From the NCBI RefSeq assembly GCF_006345805.1, contig NC_043012.1, positions 23,932,001-23,996,000 of the forward strand: DNA of 64,000 bases. Direction: 5' to 3'. This document shows positions 37,364-48,785 of this stretch, piece by piece. Numbering within the stretch: the stretch's first letter is position 1; each line of letters starts with the position of its first letter. Source of the DNA: Octopus sinensis (lineage: Eukaryota). The notes under the pieces are model-generated. The model did no database searches. It saw nothing but the letters and a program-made list of their open reading frames with translations, and had not been told where the DNA came from. A program made the position numbers and the translations under genes.

Positions 37364-37581
37364 CGCCTTTGATACCAATCTGCCTAAGACAGCCCCTCAT
37401 TTTATGATACAAACTTCCTTTTTCAAGTGATCTAAATTAAACCCTTCAAATGCAAATTTCATGTTCTGTTCCAAACACCAGCTTCATAATGATGAAGTTA
37501 GTCTATGAAAGTCTTCATTATTCTCATAATTAACAGAAACAAGATCATTGTATTTCAAAAGGAATATGACAACAAAAGGGG
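37364..37581. mobile_element. piggyBac-like MITE family 2
   Basis: TTAA at 37360-37363 and 37582-37585 with short imperfect TIRs (CGCCTTTG / CAAAAGGGG). Confidence 0.6.
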
Positions 37582-37740
37582 TTAACAAGTTGTAGGAATT
37601 GATCAAATTTCTTTCCTCAAAGGATATTCAATTTTAGTTGGTTTATTGATGTTCCATTAATTAAATATATGCTAACATTAACTTTACCTATTGTGTGTGT
37701 GCGTGTATATATATGTCTGTGTGTGTGTGTGTATATATAT

Positions 37741-37906
37741 ATGGAGAATTCACAAAAAAACAAAAGATGAAGACAGGTGGTGTATTAGTATAACGTTAGG
37801 GAAGTCAAGTCTTTAACATTTCGAGCCTACGCTCTTCCACAGAAAGGAACACAGAAAGAAACAAGGAGAGAAAATAATGTGTAGTGGCTAGTGATCTATC
37901 ATGGCG
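37741..37906 (-). mobile_element. Putative Penelope-like terminal fragment with a degenerate hammerhead-like motif
   Basis: Minus strand CTGTGGA-A-GAGC-GTAG-GCTC-GAAAT at 37842-37818, set in (TA)n. Family assignment is from recall. Confidence 0.45.
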
Positions 37907-37922
37907 AATATATATATATTAG

Positions 37923-38469
37923 CTGACTACTGAAAATTTCTTTTAAAGATTTTATCCTCAATTGTTAATTTATATTTTTCACCGGAATAGTTCAATACTG
38001 AATTTTTATTCCGACTAGACAATTTGTTACCGAAATGCATTGCGAATAAGCCCGCCATTTTCATAGATATGTAAAGATAAACATTCGTACATGCTACGAC
38101 GAATTCTACGGTTGGCTATCGAGCTTGTAATGTCATGTTTTCTCTTATATTTCTTGAGTTTGTTGCACCGACGAACATGAAATGCATATTCTGCATTAAA
38201 TGCGAAATCACATGTGATATGTAACTGAATTCTTTTTTAAAATGATGTGTTTTGAAGTTTTGCATTCGGTAAAATTGTTTATTTTAGTAGTTTTGACCGC
38301 ATTGGTCCCTCTTAGCGTGTTGGTATCTATGAATAGTAGTACCCTCAATATAATATAAATGAATATTTTCAAAGAGGAAGATTTTACGGATTTTTTCTCT
38401 TACGAGGATTTTCACACTGACTACTGATAATTTCTTTTAAAGATTTTATCCTCAATTGTTAATTTATAT
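37923..38469. repeat. CpG-rich element bounded by 53-bp direct repeats
   Basis: CTGACTACTGA(A/T)AATTTCTTTTAAAGATTTTATCCTCAATTGTTAATTTATAT at 37923-37975 and 38417-38469, one mismatch. Confidence 0.85.
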
Positions 38470-38565
38470 ATGAATATATATATATATATATATATGAATA
38501 TGTATGTGTGTGAGCATATATATATATATATATATAAAATCATCATAATTCTTTTTATCATTTAA

Positions 38566-38786
38566 CCCTGTAACATTTAAACAAGCTATATCTGGCCAAA
38601 TATTTTATCAGTTTTATGTTCAAACCAGCCACTTTTGATCTCTCACACTTAGCCTACAATGTCATTCTAAAAATGCAACAATCACATTATTGAACTTTCA
38701 AAACTATAGGAAAATGCACAATTAATTAAAGACAAAGTGAATAAATAAGCTTTACATTTGACAGACAAAATCTGAATGCTAAAGGA
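38566..38786. mobile_element. piggyBac-like MITE family 1
   Basis: TTAA at 38562-38565 and 38787-38790. Imperfect TIR CCCTGTAACATT / AATGCTAAAGGA. Confidence 0.75.
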
Positions 38787-40009
38787 TTAATATCTCCTTT
38801 GCCCATGTTTCAATGGAAATAAATATAAAGGGGTATTTCTTTAAATACGAAATGGGGGTCCACCAGAGTAGAATAAGAATCAAGGGGGTCCACAGCAAAA
38901 ATTGGTTGGGAATCACTGTGCCAGAGGGATGCTAGCAGCAGGGTCACACAGATGATACATTTGGCAGTAAGGGTGGAGAAAGATGAGGGGGTTTGGATAA
39001 GCTACAGGAGTACGGGGAAGCGAAAGAGGCATGCAGCATGATGAGAGATAATTTAGTATCCCACTCACTAGTGCCATTGTCCTTCCTTACTTGCACACCT
39101 CTACACACAAACATACAAACTACACACACACACACACACACACACATGCCATTCCACCTTCTGGCCATTTCAAAACACAGAGACATTCTAAGAGTCTATG
39201 CAGTCATGCCTTCCTCAACCCTTAACTCTTGCCACCACCACCACCACCACCATAGAATATCCTTCTCACCTTGTTTCTGGTCCCTTGACACATCCCCCCT
39301 CCAGACACATACACATACCACCACCACCTCACTTTTTCCTTTACTGATTATTTTTCTTTGTCACCAAGGAAGACACAGGCAGAAACTGTGGAAGTTGATC
39401 TCAAGATATGCAAGTTTGGTTGTGTGGTAAGAAGCTTGACTCCCAACCATATGATTCCAGGTTCAGTCTCACTGCATGGAACTTTGGGGAAGTGTCATCT
39501 TCTATAGGCTTTGAGCTGACCAAAGCCTTGTGAGTGGATTTTGGTAGGCAGAACCTGAAAGAAGCCCATCGTGTGTGTATGGGTGTGTGTGCATGGGTGT
39601 GTGTGAGAGAGAGAGGGAATAGCGGGAGATGGGGTAGAGAGGGGGTAGAGAGAGTGTTGGTGTCTCCCTGTCTTGACATCACATGATGGTTGTAAACGAG
39701 AGTCACTGTCATACAAGCAGTGTCTTTCATTTCTAATCTTGTATGAAAGCTACATGTGGCCATGGGGAAAATATTGTCTTGCTGAGAAAAAAGGTGAGGT
39801 TCGGTGGCAGGAAGAGCATCCAGCTGTAGAAAAATTGCATCTGACTCATGAGAGCATAGAAAAGAAGATGACTAAAATGATGATGATGATAATGATGATT
39901 TTGATTATACGGAACTGAATTAATTAGTGGAGAATGGAAGGGGTAAGAGGGGTAAACAACAAAAAACGAAAGAATGTGTGTGTGTGTGTGAGAGAAAAGA
40001 ATTTCATTG

Positions 40010-40441
40010 CAGACCAATCCGACCGTACGAAAAGGTACCCATGCCAACCCCCTTTGCTTGCGAAGACATGTTGGGGCAAGCGAAATCGAATTGAACCAGC
40101 CAGGATCCCTGGTCTGGTGGTACGTAAAAAGCACTATCCGACTCGTGGCCGATGCCAGCGCCACCTCGACTGGCTTCCGTGCCGGTGGCACATAAAATAC
40201 ACCAATACGACCGTGGCCGTTGCCAGCCTCGCCTGGCACCTGTGCAGGTGGCACATAAAAAGCACCCACTACACTCACGGAGTGGTTGGCGTTAGGAAGG
40301 GCATCCAGCTGTAGAAGCATTGCCAGATAAGACTGGAGCCTGGTGCAGCCTTCTGGCTTCCCAGATCCCCAGTCGAACCGTCCAACCCATGCTAGCATGG
40401 AGAATGGACGTTAAACGATGATGATGATGATGATGATGATG
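40010..40441 (+). mobile_element. RTE-related 3'-end element, longest copy, (GAT)n tail
   Basis: Three GGTGG(C/T)AC(G/A)TAAAA..CAC motifs, GGTTGGCGTTAGGAAGGGCATCCAGC, terminal stem-loop at 40379-40410. Confidence 0.9.
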
Positions 40442-42131
40442 AAGAGAGCATCTGATGGTCATTGTGTCTGTATGTGGTGACATGTCTTTCATATCCCATT
40501 GCTAAGCTTCATGTGATGCCATCTGTTGAAAAGGAAACAACTGCCAGGATTTCCAATGTTTGTCGTCATTACAGACTTTGATTTATTTATTCAATGGTTT
40601 GGTCAATAACAACGAACTGATCCACCTGTGAAAAGGACATAGAGCTAAGTGTAGGTAGCTATAAACAGCCAAGTGCTGGAGCTGTAGACATTACTCAGTG
40701 CCAGTAACAATGCAGGAGCTGTTCACCCCTTTACTATGGATTGGCATCAACCAAGAACGGGTAACCTTTTCTCCAAGAAGTGGACCACACGACGCATGGC
40801 TCACCATCAGGCAAGCCACAGTACTAAAAACAATTTTCAAGGTAATTTTTCATTAGGCATTGCATTCAACAAGCTCCACCAGCCAGAGGTTGCCTATGGT
40901 TGGGCTAAAGGAAGGAGCTGCACTCAAGGTTTTTTCTAGACAGCATTTTGAGATCAATAAGATCCATCCATTTTCTCTGCTCCCTATTCCTAGAAGGGTC
41001 ACAGAGATAGAGCCCTTAGGACCTCTTTCATAAGATGCTATTTTTTCCCACCCAACCCATTAACAGGTGTTCCCTCCTGGACCCAATGTAGGGCCCTGGA
41101 ACATACATCCTTTCCACTCCCACCCACACCTCAAAGATCAAGTTGTTGGCTGGACTGGCATTTCGTGAAGCCTGCAACATATTTTCCAAACAGACCCTTC
41201 TATTTAAGGTCTGAACATGTCCCATGTTAACCCACCTGATGATTGATGTAGCATGGTTATATTTTTTTAACCCTTTTTATATTACAATTTTTGGTGTCTT
41301 ATCCAGGTCAGGCACCAAGCTGGCATTTGTATCGAACCATATCAAGAAGTGGTAGGGTTCAAATTCTTCTTGAGTCGCTGGAAGTCAATGACAGAAGGTA
41401 AAATATGTGAACAGTGGGGAATTGCAGTGGGTTGACAGTCTGTGAAGTAAGGAAAGGGTGTAATGATTATTGTGGGTTCTAATCCAGTCTAAAAGACAAT
41501 GATGGTGTGGGTTCTTGTTAGTGGAGAGAGTGGTTACAATTTTGGAATGTGAGTGATAAGGACAATGGTGATGGTAGCGGCGGCGGTGGTGGTTTTAAGT
41601 GGTATTAGTAATTGTAGTGGCAGCAGTATTAGTGGTAATTAGTGTTGCTGTTTAGCTTCAGATTAATCCTGATCCAACAGACCAATGACCAAAGCCATTT
41701 TGCGCATGATGGAATGGTAGATACATTACTGGTGACCAAAGGAAGAAAAACAACTGAGTCAGGGGTGCCAGAATGGTGTAGAAGTACAAGACTTTCCAGC
41801 CAGTTCTGAGAAGCAGCAACTGAGACACTTTTCATTAAAGATCTTCTCAATCAGGGCTCAGCCATGACTAAACAGCAACCACAAGGTATCTCACCACATC
41901 CCACCCATCACAAACACAGCCATAGCATTAATTATGTTTCTTAATCTCCCTTCTCCTGACTATCACCCCACTGGAATACTTTCCCAATCATAGTTTACCT
42001 GTAACTGTTCACTTACATCCATCTTGGTGCTAAGCATTTGCAGAAGATTCTAGAAAGGTGATTCCTCCAAGACTCAGCTTGAAGATTTGTAAGCCGGAAA
42101 ATTACATTTCAAAAACAAAGTTAGACTGCAT

Positions 42132-42172
<41 letters not shown>

Positions 42173-42470
42173 ATGTGTGTGTGCATGTGTGTGTATGTGT
42201 GCGCATGTATTGGGGTGAATGTATATTTGTAAATGGATGTCAGTGTGTGTGTGTGTGTGTACCTGATGGTGTAATTATTTGTAAGCTTATCAAAGAATTC
42301 TATGATGAACATTGTGACAGTGTGTGTGTGTGTGTAAGACAAACGGACAGAAAATAGTGGCAACAGCAGTGTACAGAGTGTTTTTTTTTCCCCAGCTGCT
42401 TACACATCTTTGAAAGACACACAATCAACCAAAGCTCTTGGCATACCTTCCTCACAACACACACACATAC

Positions 42471-43270
42471 AGCCCATAGCACCACACTTACACACACACA
42501 CACCACACACACACTTGGCCCATAGCACCACCCTTACACACACACACACACACACACTTGGCCCATAGCACCACCCTTACACACACACACACACACACAC
42601 TCGGCCCATAGCACCACCCTTACACACACCACACACACTTGGCCCATAGCAACACCCTTACACACACACAACACACACACACACACTCGGCCCATAGCAC
42701 CACCCTTACACCACACACACTTGGCCCATAGCACCACCCTTACACACACACCACACACTTGGCCCATAGCACCACCCTTACACACACACACACACACACA
42801 CTCGGCCCATAGCACCACCCTTACACACACACACACTTGGCCCATAGCACCACCCTTACACACCACACACACACACACACACACACACTCGGCCCATAGC
42901 ACCACCCTTACACACACACACACTCGGCCCATAGCACCACCCTTACACATACACACACACACACACACCACACACGCACACACACACACACATACACACA
43001 CTTGGCCCATAGCACCACCCTTACACACACACACACACACTTGGCCCATAGCACCACCCTTACACACACACACACACACACACACACTCGGCCCATAGCA
43101 CCACCCTTACACATACACACACACACGCACACACACACACACATATACACACACTTGGCCCATAGCACCACCCTTACACACACACACACACACACACTCG
43201 GCCCATAGCACCACCCTTACACACACACACACACACGGCCCATAGCACCACCTTACACATACACACACAC
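42471..43270. repeat. Array of 18 copies of a ~22-25-bp core separated by variable (CA)n
   Basis: Core CT(T/C)GGCCCATAGCACCACCCTTACA counted 18 times. Confidence 0.95.
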
Positions 43271-44154
43271 AACCATCTGTTGCTCTTTACAACTGTCTAC
43301 TTTGAATCTTGCTTGTTTCTCACTGATACTACTTTCCTCAGACTACCACCACCACCATTACTACTATCCCAATTACCATTGCTCCTATTACCTATACTAC
43401 TATTACTACTACAATCTCTGCTGCTGCCTCTACAAGTACAACTATTACCTCAGCCATAATTTCCCACCACCACCACCTTCCTCTTTCATCACCACTACTA
43501 CCTCCACTGTGGTGATAAGTAGCAGTGGTAGTAGTAGTAGTAGGAAGGGTGATGGTAGTTGCCCAACCACTGCTATAATCATCAATACTATTGCCACAAC
43601 TGTTATGATCATCAATCACTACATTGCAAGCACCACAACAATACTACAAAAAAACCCTCTCCACCACTACCACCACCACCACCAGCACAGCAACAACAAC
43701 AAGCCAGTAGAAGACCCTCTAAGTGGTTACTTAATCTACTGAAAATAGCAGCGAAATCTACCACCAAGTCACACCCAACTGCAATTTCGAGGAAGATAGT
43801 GGATAATGTTAGTTCTAGTTTATAGGAAGTGGTAGGATGGCCACAAATTGGAAAGTCTCTGATCAAGGAAGCGACAGGACTAAACAACAGCAATTACAAC
43901 CGGACTACATTGCCATTTCTATAACTCAACCGTTGTTGTCTGTAACACCATCACCACCACAACCACTACCATCATCATCATCATCATCATCATTATCATT
44001 ATCAACATCATCGTAACCACAAACACCATTCCAGCCAGTGCCATCACCACAATGACCACTGAAATAATAGCACCACTAAATACACTGCTGGCAGCATACC
44101 ACCACCCCAGCCATTACTCTCAACACCAACACCACAATGACCATAACCACTTAC

Positions 44155-44157
44155 AGC

Positions 44158-44211
<54 letters not shown>

Positions 44212-44256
44212 GGTGGTAGTAGTGGTGGTGGTGGTGGTGGTAGTAGTAGTAGTAGT

Positions 44257-44310
<54 letters not shown>

Positions 44311-44655
44311 ACTACTACTACTACTGCCACCACCATTGAAGTTACCACTAGATGCACTACCGTCATTGCGACCAGCACTACTACTGCCACCACCATTGAA
44401 GTTACCACTAGATGCACTACCGTCATTGCGACCAGCACTACTACTGCCACCACCATTGAAGTTACCACTAGATGCACTACCGTCATTGCGACCAGCACTA
44501 CTACCAGCAACACCATTGCTGCAACCATGACCACTGTCACAGCCACCACCAGCACCACCACTAGATGCACTACTGTCACAGCCACAACCACCACCACTGC
44601 TGCGACCATGACCACTGTCACAACCACCAGCACAACCACAACTACCACAACATAA
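44155..44655. repeat. Trinucleotide mosaic plus three exact 60-bp tandem copies
   Basis: (AGT)n(GGT)n(AGT)n(ACT)n(GCT)n, then identical 60-mers at 44321, 44381 and 44441. Confidence 0.95.
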
Positions 44656-45327
44656 TTACAAACACCACTGCCAATTCTACTAATAATGACACTAAGATCA
44701 ACACTGCACCAATACGACCACAAGTGTCATCACCACCACCACCACCACCACCACAGTAACCAGAAACACCACCACTTTTGCCACTCACATAAACACCGCA
44801 CTAACATCTCAATGAGAGCCACTAATACCACCACCACCACCACCACCACCACCACCACCATCATCACTATTGTCCCAACATCAGAATAACACAGCTGTTA
44901 GTGAGTCCAGACTGATCCCATGGCCTACAGAATACATTACAATCAACTGCACAGTTAAACATGCCGGCTGGCAGGCTGGCTGGCTGGCTGAGTGGTTTGA
45001 TGGGACAGAATAGGATGGTAACCTAATTCAATGGTGCTGTGTGTGTGTGTGTGTGTGTGCATGAGAGAGAAAGAGAGAGAGATTTTGTGTGGTCATACGT
45101 TTGTCACACCTGTGCACATTTGGCTCTTTCTCTCTCTCTGTCTCTCTCTCTCATACATACATATATATATATATTTATTTGTATTAAAAAACACAAATTT
45201 CCACACGAAAGCACGTAATCTCTGCCCTAGGCATGTAGCTTCAACCATGTTTTCCTGACGTGAATTTGCTACCCAGGTATCGGTTAACTGAATTATCCAT
45301 ACTAGGATAATTCATTCAACTACTTAC

Positions 45328-45384
<57 letters not shown>

Positions 45385-45387
<3 letters not shown>

Positions 45388-45669
45388 ACCAAGATTAATC
45401 AGCCGAAATTGCGAGGATGATCTGGTTCTTGACTGAAGATTGAAGGCTTCGAATGTCCCGTCCGTGTTTTTTGTATCGTCTTCTAAATATTTTGCGTTCT
45501 TGTCCCAGTTTGTATTTTTTTATATAAGACATGCACCCAACACCAGGGGGGCCCCACCACGTCAAAAAGGGTAGAGGAGTAGGGGTCGAAACCGGACGTG
45601 GTTCCTCCTGATGATGCTTATCAAAGGAGCTGTCGTGGTAGCAGACCACGAAACACGGTGGTAATTCCT

Positions 45670-45672
<3 letters not shown>
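45385..45672. mobile_element. Unassigned CpG-rich insert between long (TA)n tracts, possibly Penelope-like
   Basis: Bounded by (TA)n on both sides. Carries CTGATGA (45608-45614), hairpin GTGGT-AGCAG-ACCAC and GAAAC (45650-45654). Confidence 0.4.
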
Positions 45673-45734
<62 letters not shown>

Positions 45735-45739
45735 ATCTT

Positions 45740-46135
45740 TTACTAGTTTCAGTCAGTGGACTCTGGCCATGCTGGAGCACCACCTTATAGAATTTTAGTC
45801 AAGCAAATCAACCCCAGGGCTTACTTTCTTTTTAAAAGCGTGGTGCTTATTCTAGCGGTCACTTTTACTGAACTGTTAGATTAGAAGGACACAAATGCAC
45901 CAACACCGGTTGTCAAGCAGTGGTGGAAGACACACACATACATATTTACATACACACACATGCACACAAACACACACACACATATGACAGGTTTCTTTCA
46001 TTTTCCGTCAACCAAATCCATTCCAAAGTCTTTGGTCAGCTTGAGGCTTAGTAGAAAACATTTGTCCAAAGTGCCACACAGTGGGACAGAGCCTGGTACC
46101 AACTGGTTGGGAAGCAGGCTTCTTACCACAAGACC
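45740..46135 (-). mobile_element. SINE family A, diverged; a second 3'-part remnant at about 46150-46345
   Basis: TTTCAGTCAGTGGACTCTGGCCATGCTGGAGCACCACC ... AAGTGCCACACAGTGGGACAGAGCCTGG. Confidence 0.8.
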
Positions 46136-46355
46136 ATGTATCTTTCACTTGCTTTAGTCCCTGGACCGCAGCCATGCTGGAACACCGGCGCGAATGGTGC
46201 TTAGGCAGATGAATTGGCCCCCACACCAGCACTTGTTTTTAAGGCCTGGTATGTATTCTATCAAATCTCTTTCCCCAAACCTCTAAGTTACAAGGATGCA
46301 AACAAACCAGCACTGGTTGTAAAGTGGTGCTGGGGATCAAATAAAAGCAGTAAAC

Positions 46356-46431
<76 letters not shown>

Positions 46432-46914
46432 AAGGAGAGGAGGAGCATGTGTGAATTTGAATACCTGTGTAAGAGTAAGAATGAAAAATAGAAAGAATTA
46501 GAAGTGGAGGGAGGAAAGGAGGGGAGAGAGAGAGAGAGAGAGCAGAGAGGAGTAAAGTGAAGAGAGGTAGCAAAAGAGAGGGCTGCTGAGAAGTGAATAA
46601 AGGCAGTAATGAAAATGGTATTGATGCTATTATCAATGTTATCAGAAGAAAGAAAACAAAGTGGACAATGAACTAAAGGAACAAAGTAAAAACAAAATAA
46701 CCAGGGTGGGACATGAATAGTGCACAATCCACCCCACCCACCCCGTACCTCACTTTCTTTTTTTAAATACTGGATTTGGTTATTCCATATCGTAATTATT
46801 AGAAAAGCTGGAAAGTCAAGGAGAATTTCACACATTCTAAAGCCTCCTACCCTGACCTAGGGTAGCCTCCAGGGAATATATCGACTTATAGAAAAATAGC
46901 AGATATATATATAA

Positions 46915-47342
46915 GGATCTTTTCGGTTTGAACGGCAGTTTTTAACATAATTTCTAGGTAACTAAAAAATTTTAAACTTCGTATACTGGTAGAATGTGTT
47001 TATAAAACAGCTTTTTCTCTTGGCTTTATTGAGAAAATTCTATAGTTTGTAAGATATTTGTTGGGATTTTTTCTTCAATTTCTGCAATTTCAACCAATCA
47101 GTGACGTCTATTGAGTTAAAAAGCATTCTGTGCCGTATGAATATGTCCCTCGTTTAAGAAACAGATTGGGTTTATTTACATTTCTGAAGAAAAAAAGATA
47201 CCCTTCCCCCACCCCTAACCCAAACTAACCCTAACCCTGAAATAGATTGAAATGCAATAGATCGATTCTAGGGTCATAATTATGGGTGACAATTTCATAT
47301 GACACCGCTAGAAACAAACTGCGGTTCAAACCAAAAAGATCC
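46915..47342. mobile_element. MITE with 27-bp TIRs and 8-bp TSD (Merlin-like GG termini; hAT not excluded)
   Basis: GGATCTTTTCGGTTTGAACGGCAGTTT versus AAACTGCGGTTCAAACCAAAAAGATCC. ATATATAA at 46907-46914 and 47343-47350. Confidence 0.85.
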
Positions 47343-47349
47343 ATATATA

Positions 47350-47534
47350 ATCATTGTTTAATGTCTGCTTTCCATGCTAGCATGGGTTGGACGGTTTGAT
47401 TGAGGTTTGACAAGCCAGTCTGATCTGGCAGTGTGTATACAGCTGGATGCTCTTCCGATGACGACCATTCTAAGAATGTAGTGGGTGCTTTTTATGTGCC
47501 ACTGGCATGGGTGCCAATCAGGGGGCACTGGCAT

Positions 47535-47535
<1 letters not shown>
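47350..47535 (-). mobile_element. RTE-related 3'-end copy, diverged and internally deleted
   Basis: CCATGCTAGCATGGGTTGGACGG...CAGCTGGATGC...GGTGCTTTTTATGTGCCAC. Confidence 0.75.
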
Positions 47536-47583
<48 letters not shown>

Positions 47584-48019
47584 TATGTATATATATATAT
47601 GTATGTATATATATATATGTATGTATATATATATATACATGTGTGTGCCTATGTGTGTGTGTTTGTGCGTATGTGCAGATATGGCTGTGTGGTTAAGAAG
47701 CTCACTTTGCAACCAGATGGTTTCAAGTTCCATTCTACTTTGCTGCAGATTGGGCAAGTATCTTTCTTCTATAGTCCTTAACCAACCAATGCTTTGTGAG
47801 ACAATTGGTTAGAGGGGAAACTATGGGGAAACTTGCTGTATACAGACACAATTTTCCTTTCATGTGTTAAAAATTTTTTTCTCCTGAATATGCATGCGCT
47901 GCTGAAATTGGAGAGCACCTACTAAGGTCACCGGCCATTAATGCCAAGAAATATGCCAGCTGAGGAGAGACAATACAACAGTAAGTAAATTGGTAGAAAG
48001 ATATAAATAAACACATATA

Positions 48020-48785
48020 CAGTTAGCTTATTGATCACACAGGTTCAGGTTCAATCCCACTGCATGGCACCTTGCACAAGTGTCCTCTGCTATAGCTACA
48101 AGCTGACCAAAGCCTTCTGAGTGGATCTGGAAGAGGGAAACTGAAAGAAGCCCATCATGTATGTGTGTGTGTCTTTATTGATTATTCTTAAACAGCGTAG
48201 GAGTGGCTGTGTGGTAAGTAGCTTGCTTACCAGCCACATGGTTCCGGGTTCAGTCCCACTGCGTGGCACCTTGGGCAAGTGTCTTCTACTATAACCTCGG
48301 GCCGACCAAAGCCTTGTGAGTGGATTTGGTAGATGGAAACTGAAAGAAGCCCATCATGTATATGTGTGTGTGTGTGTCTTATTGATTATTCTTAAACAGC
48401 GTAGAAGTGGCTGTGTGGTAAGTAGCTTGCCTACCAACCACATGGTTCCGGGTTCAGTCCCACTGCGTGGCACCTTGGGCAAGTGTCTTCTACTATAGCC
48501 TCGGGCCGACCAAAGCCTTGTGAGTGGATTTGGTAGATGGAAACTGAAAGAAGCCCATCGTATATATATGTATGTGTTTGTGTGTCTGTGTTTGTCCCCC
48601 CAACATCGCTTGACAACCGATGCTGGTGTGTTTACGTCCCCGTAACTTAGCGGTTCGGTGAAACAGACCTATAGAATAAGTACTAGGCTTACAAAAGAAT
48701 AAGTCTTGGGGGCGATTTGCTCGACTAAAAGGTGGTGCTCCAGCATGGCCACAGTCAAATGACTGAAACAAGTAAAAGAGTAAGA
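48020..48785 (+). mobile_element. Three SINE family A heads in tandem (old head, recombinant head, full young copy)
   Basis: The junction ATTGATTATTCTTAAACAGCGTAG occurs twice, 204 bp apart (anchor at 48181 and 48385). Confidence 0.9.

Noticed and set aside
40500-41900. Unique-looking sequence with several 60-70-aa ORFs
   Set aside because: No recognisable domain or consistent splice signals; possibly old TE decay.
42471-43270. CRISPR-like repeat-spacer appearance
   Set aside because: The spacers are only (CA)n variants, there are no cas genes, and the context is eukaryotic.
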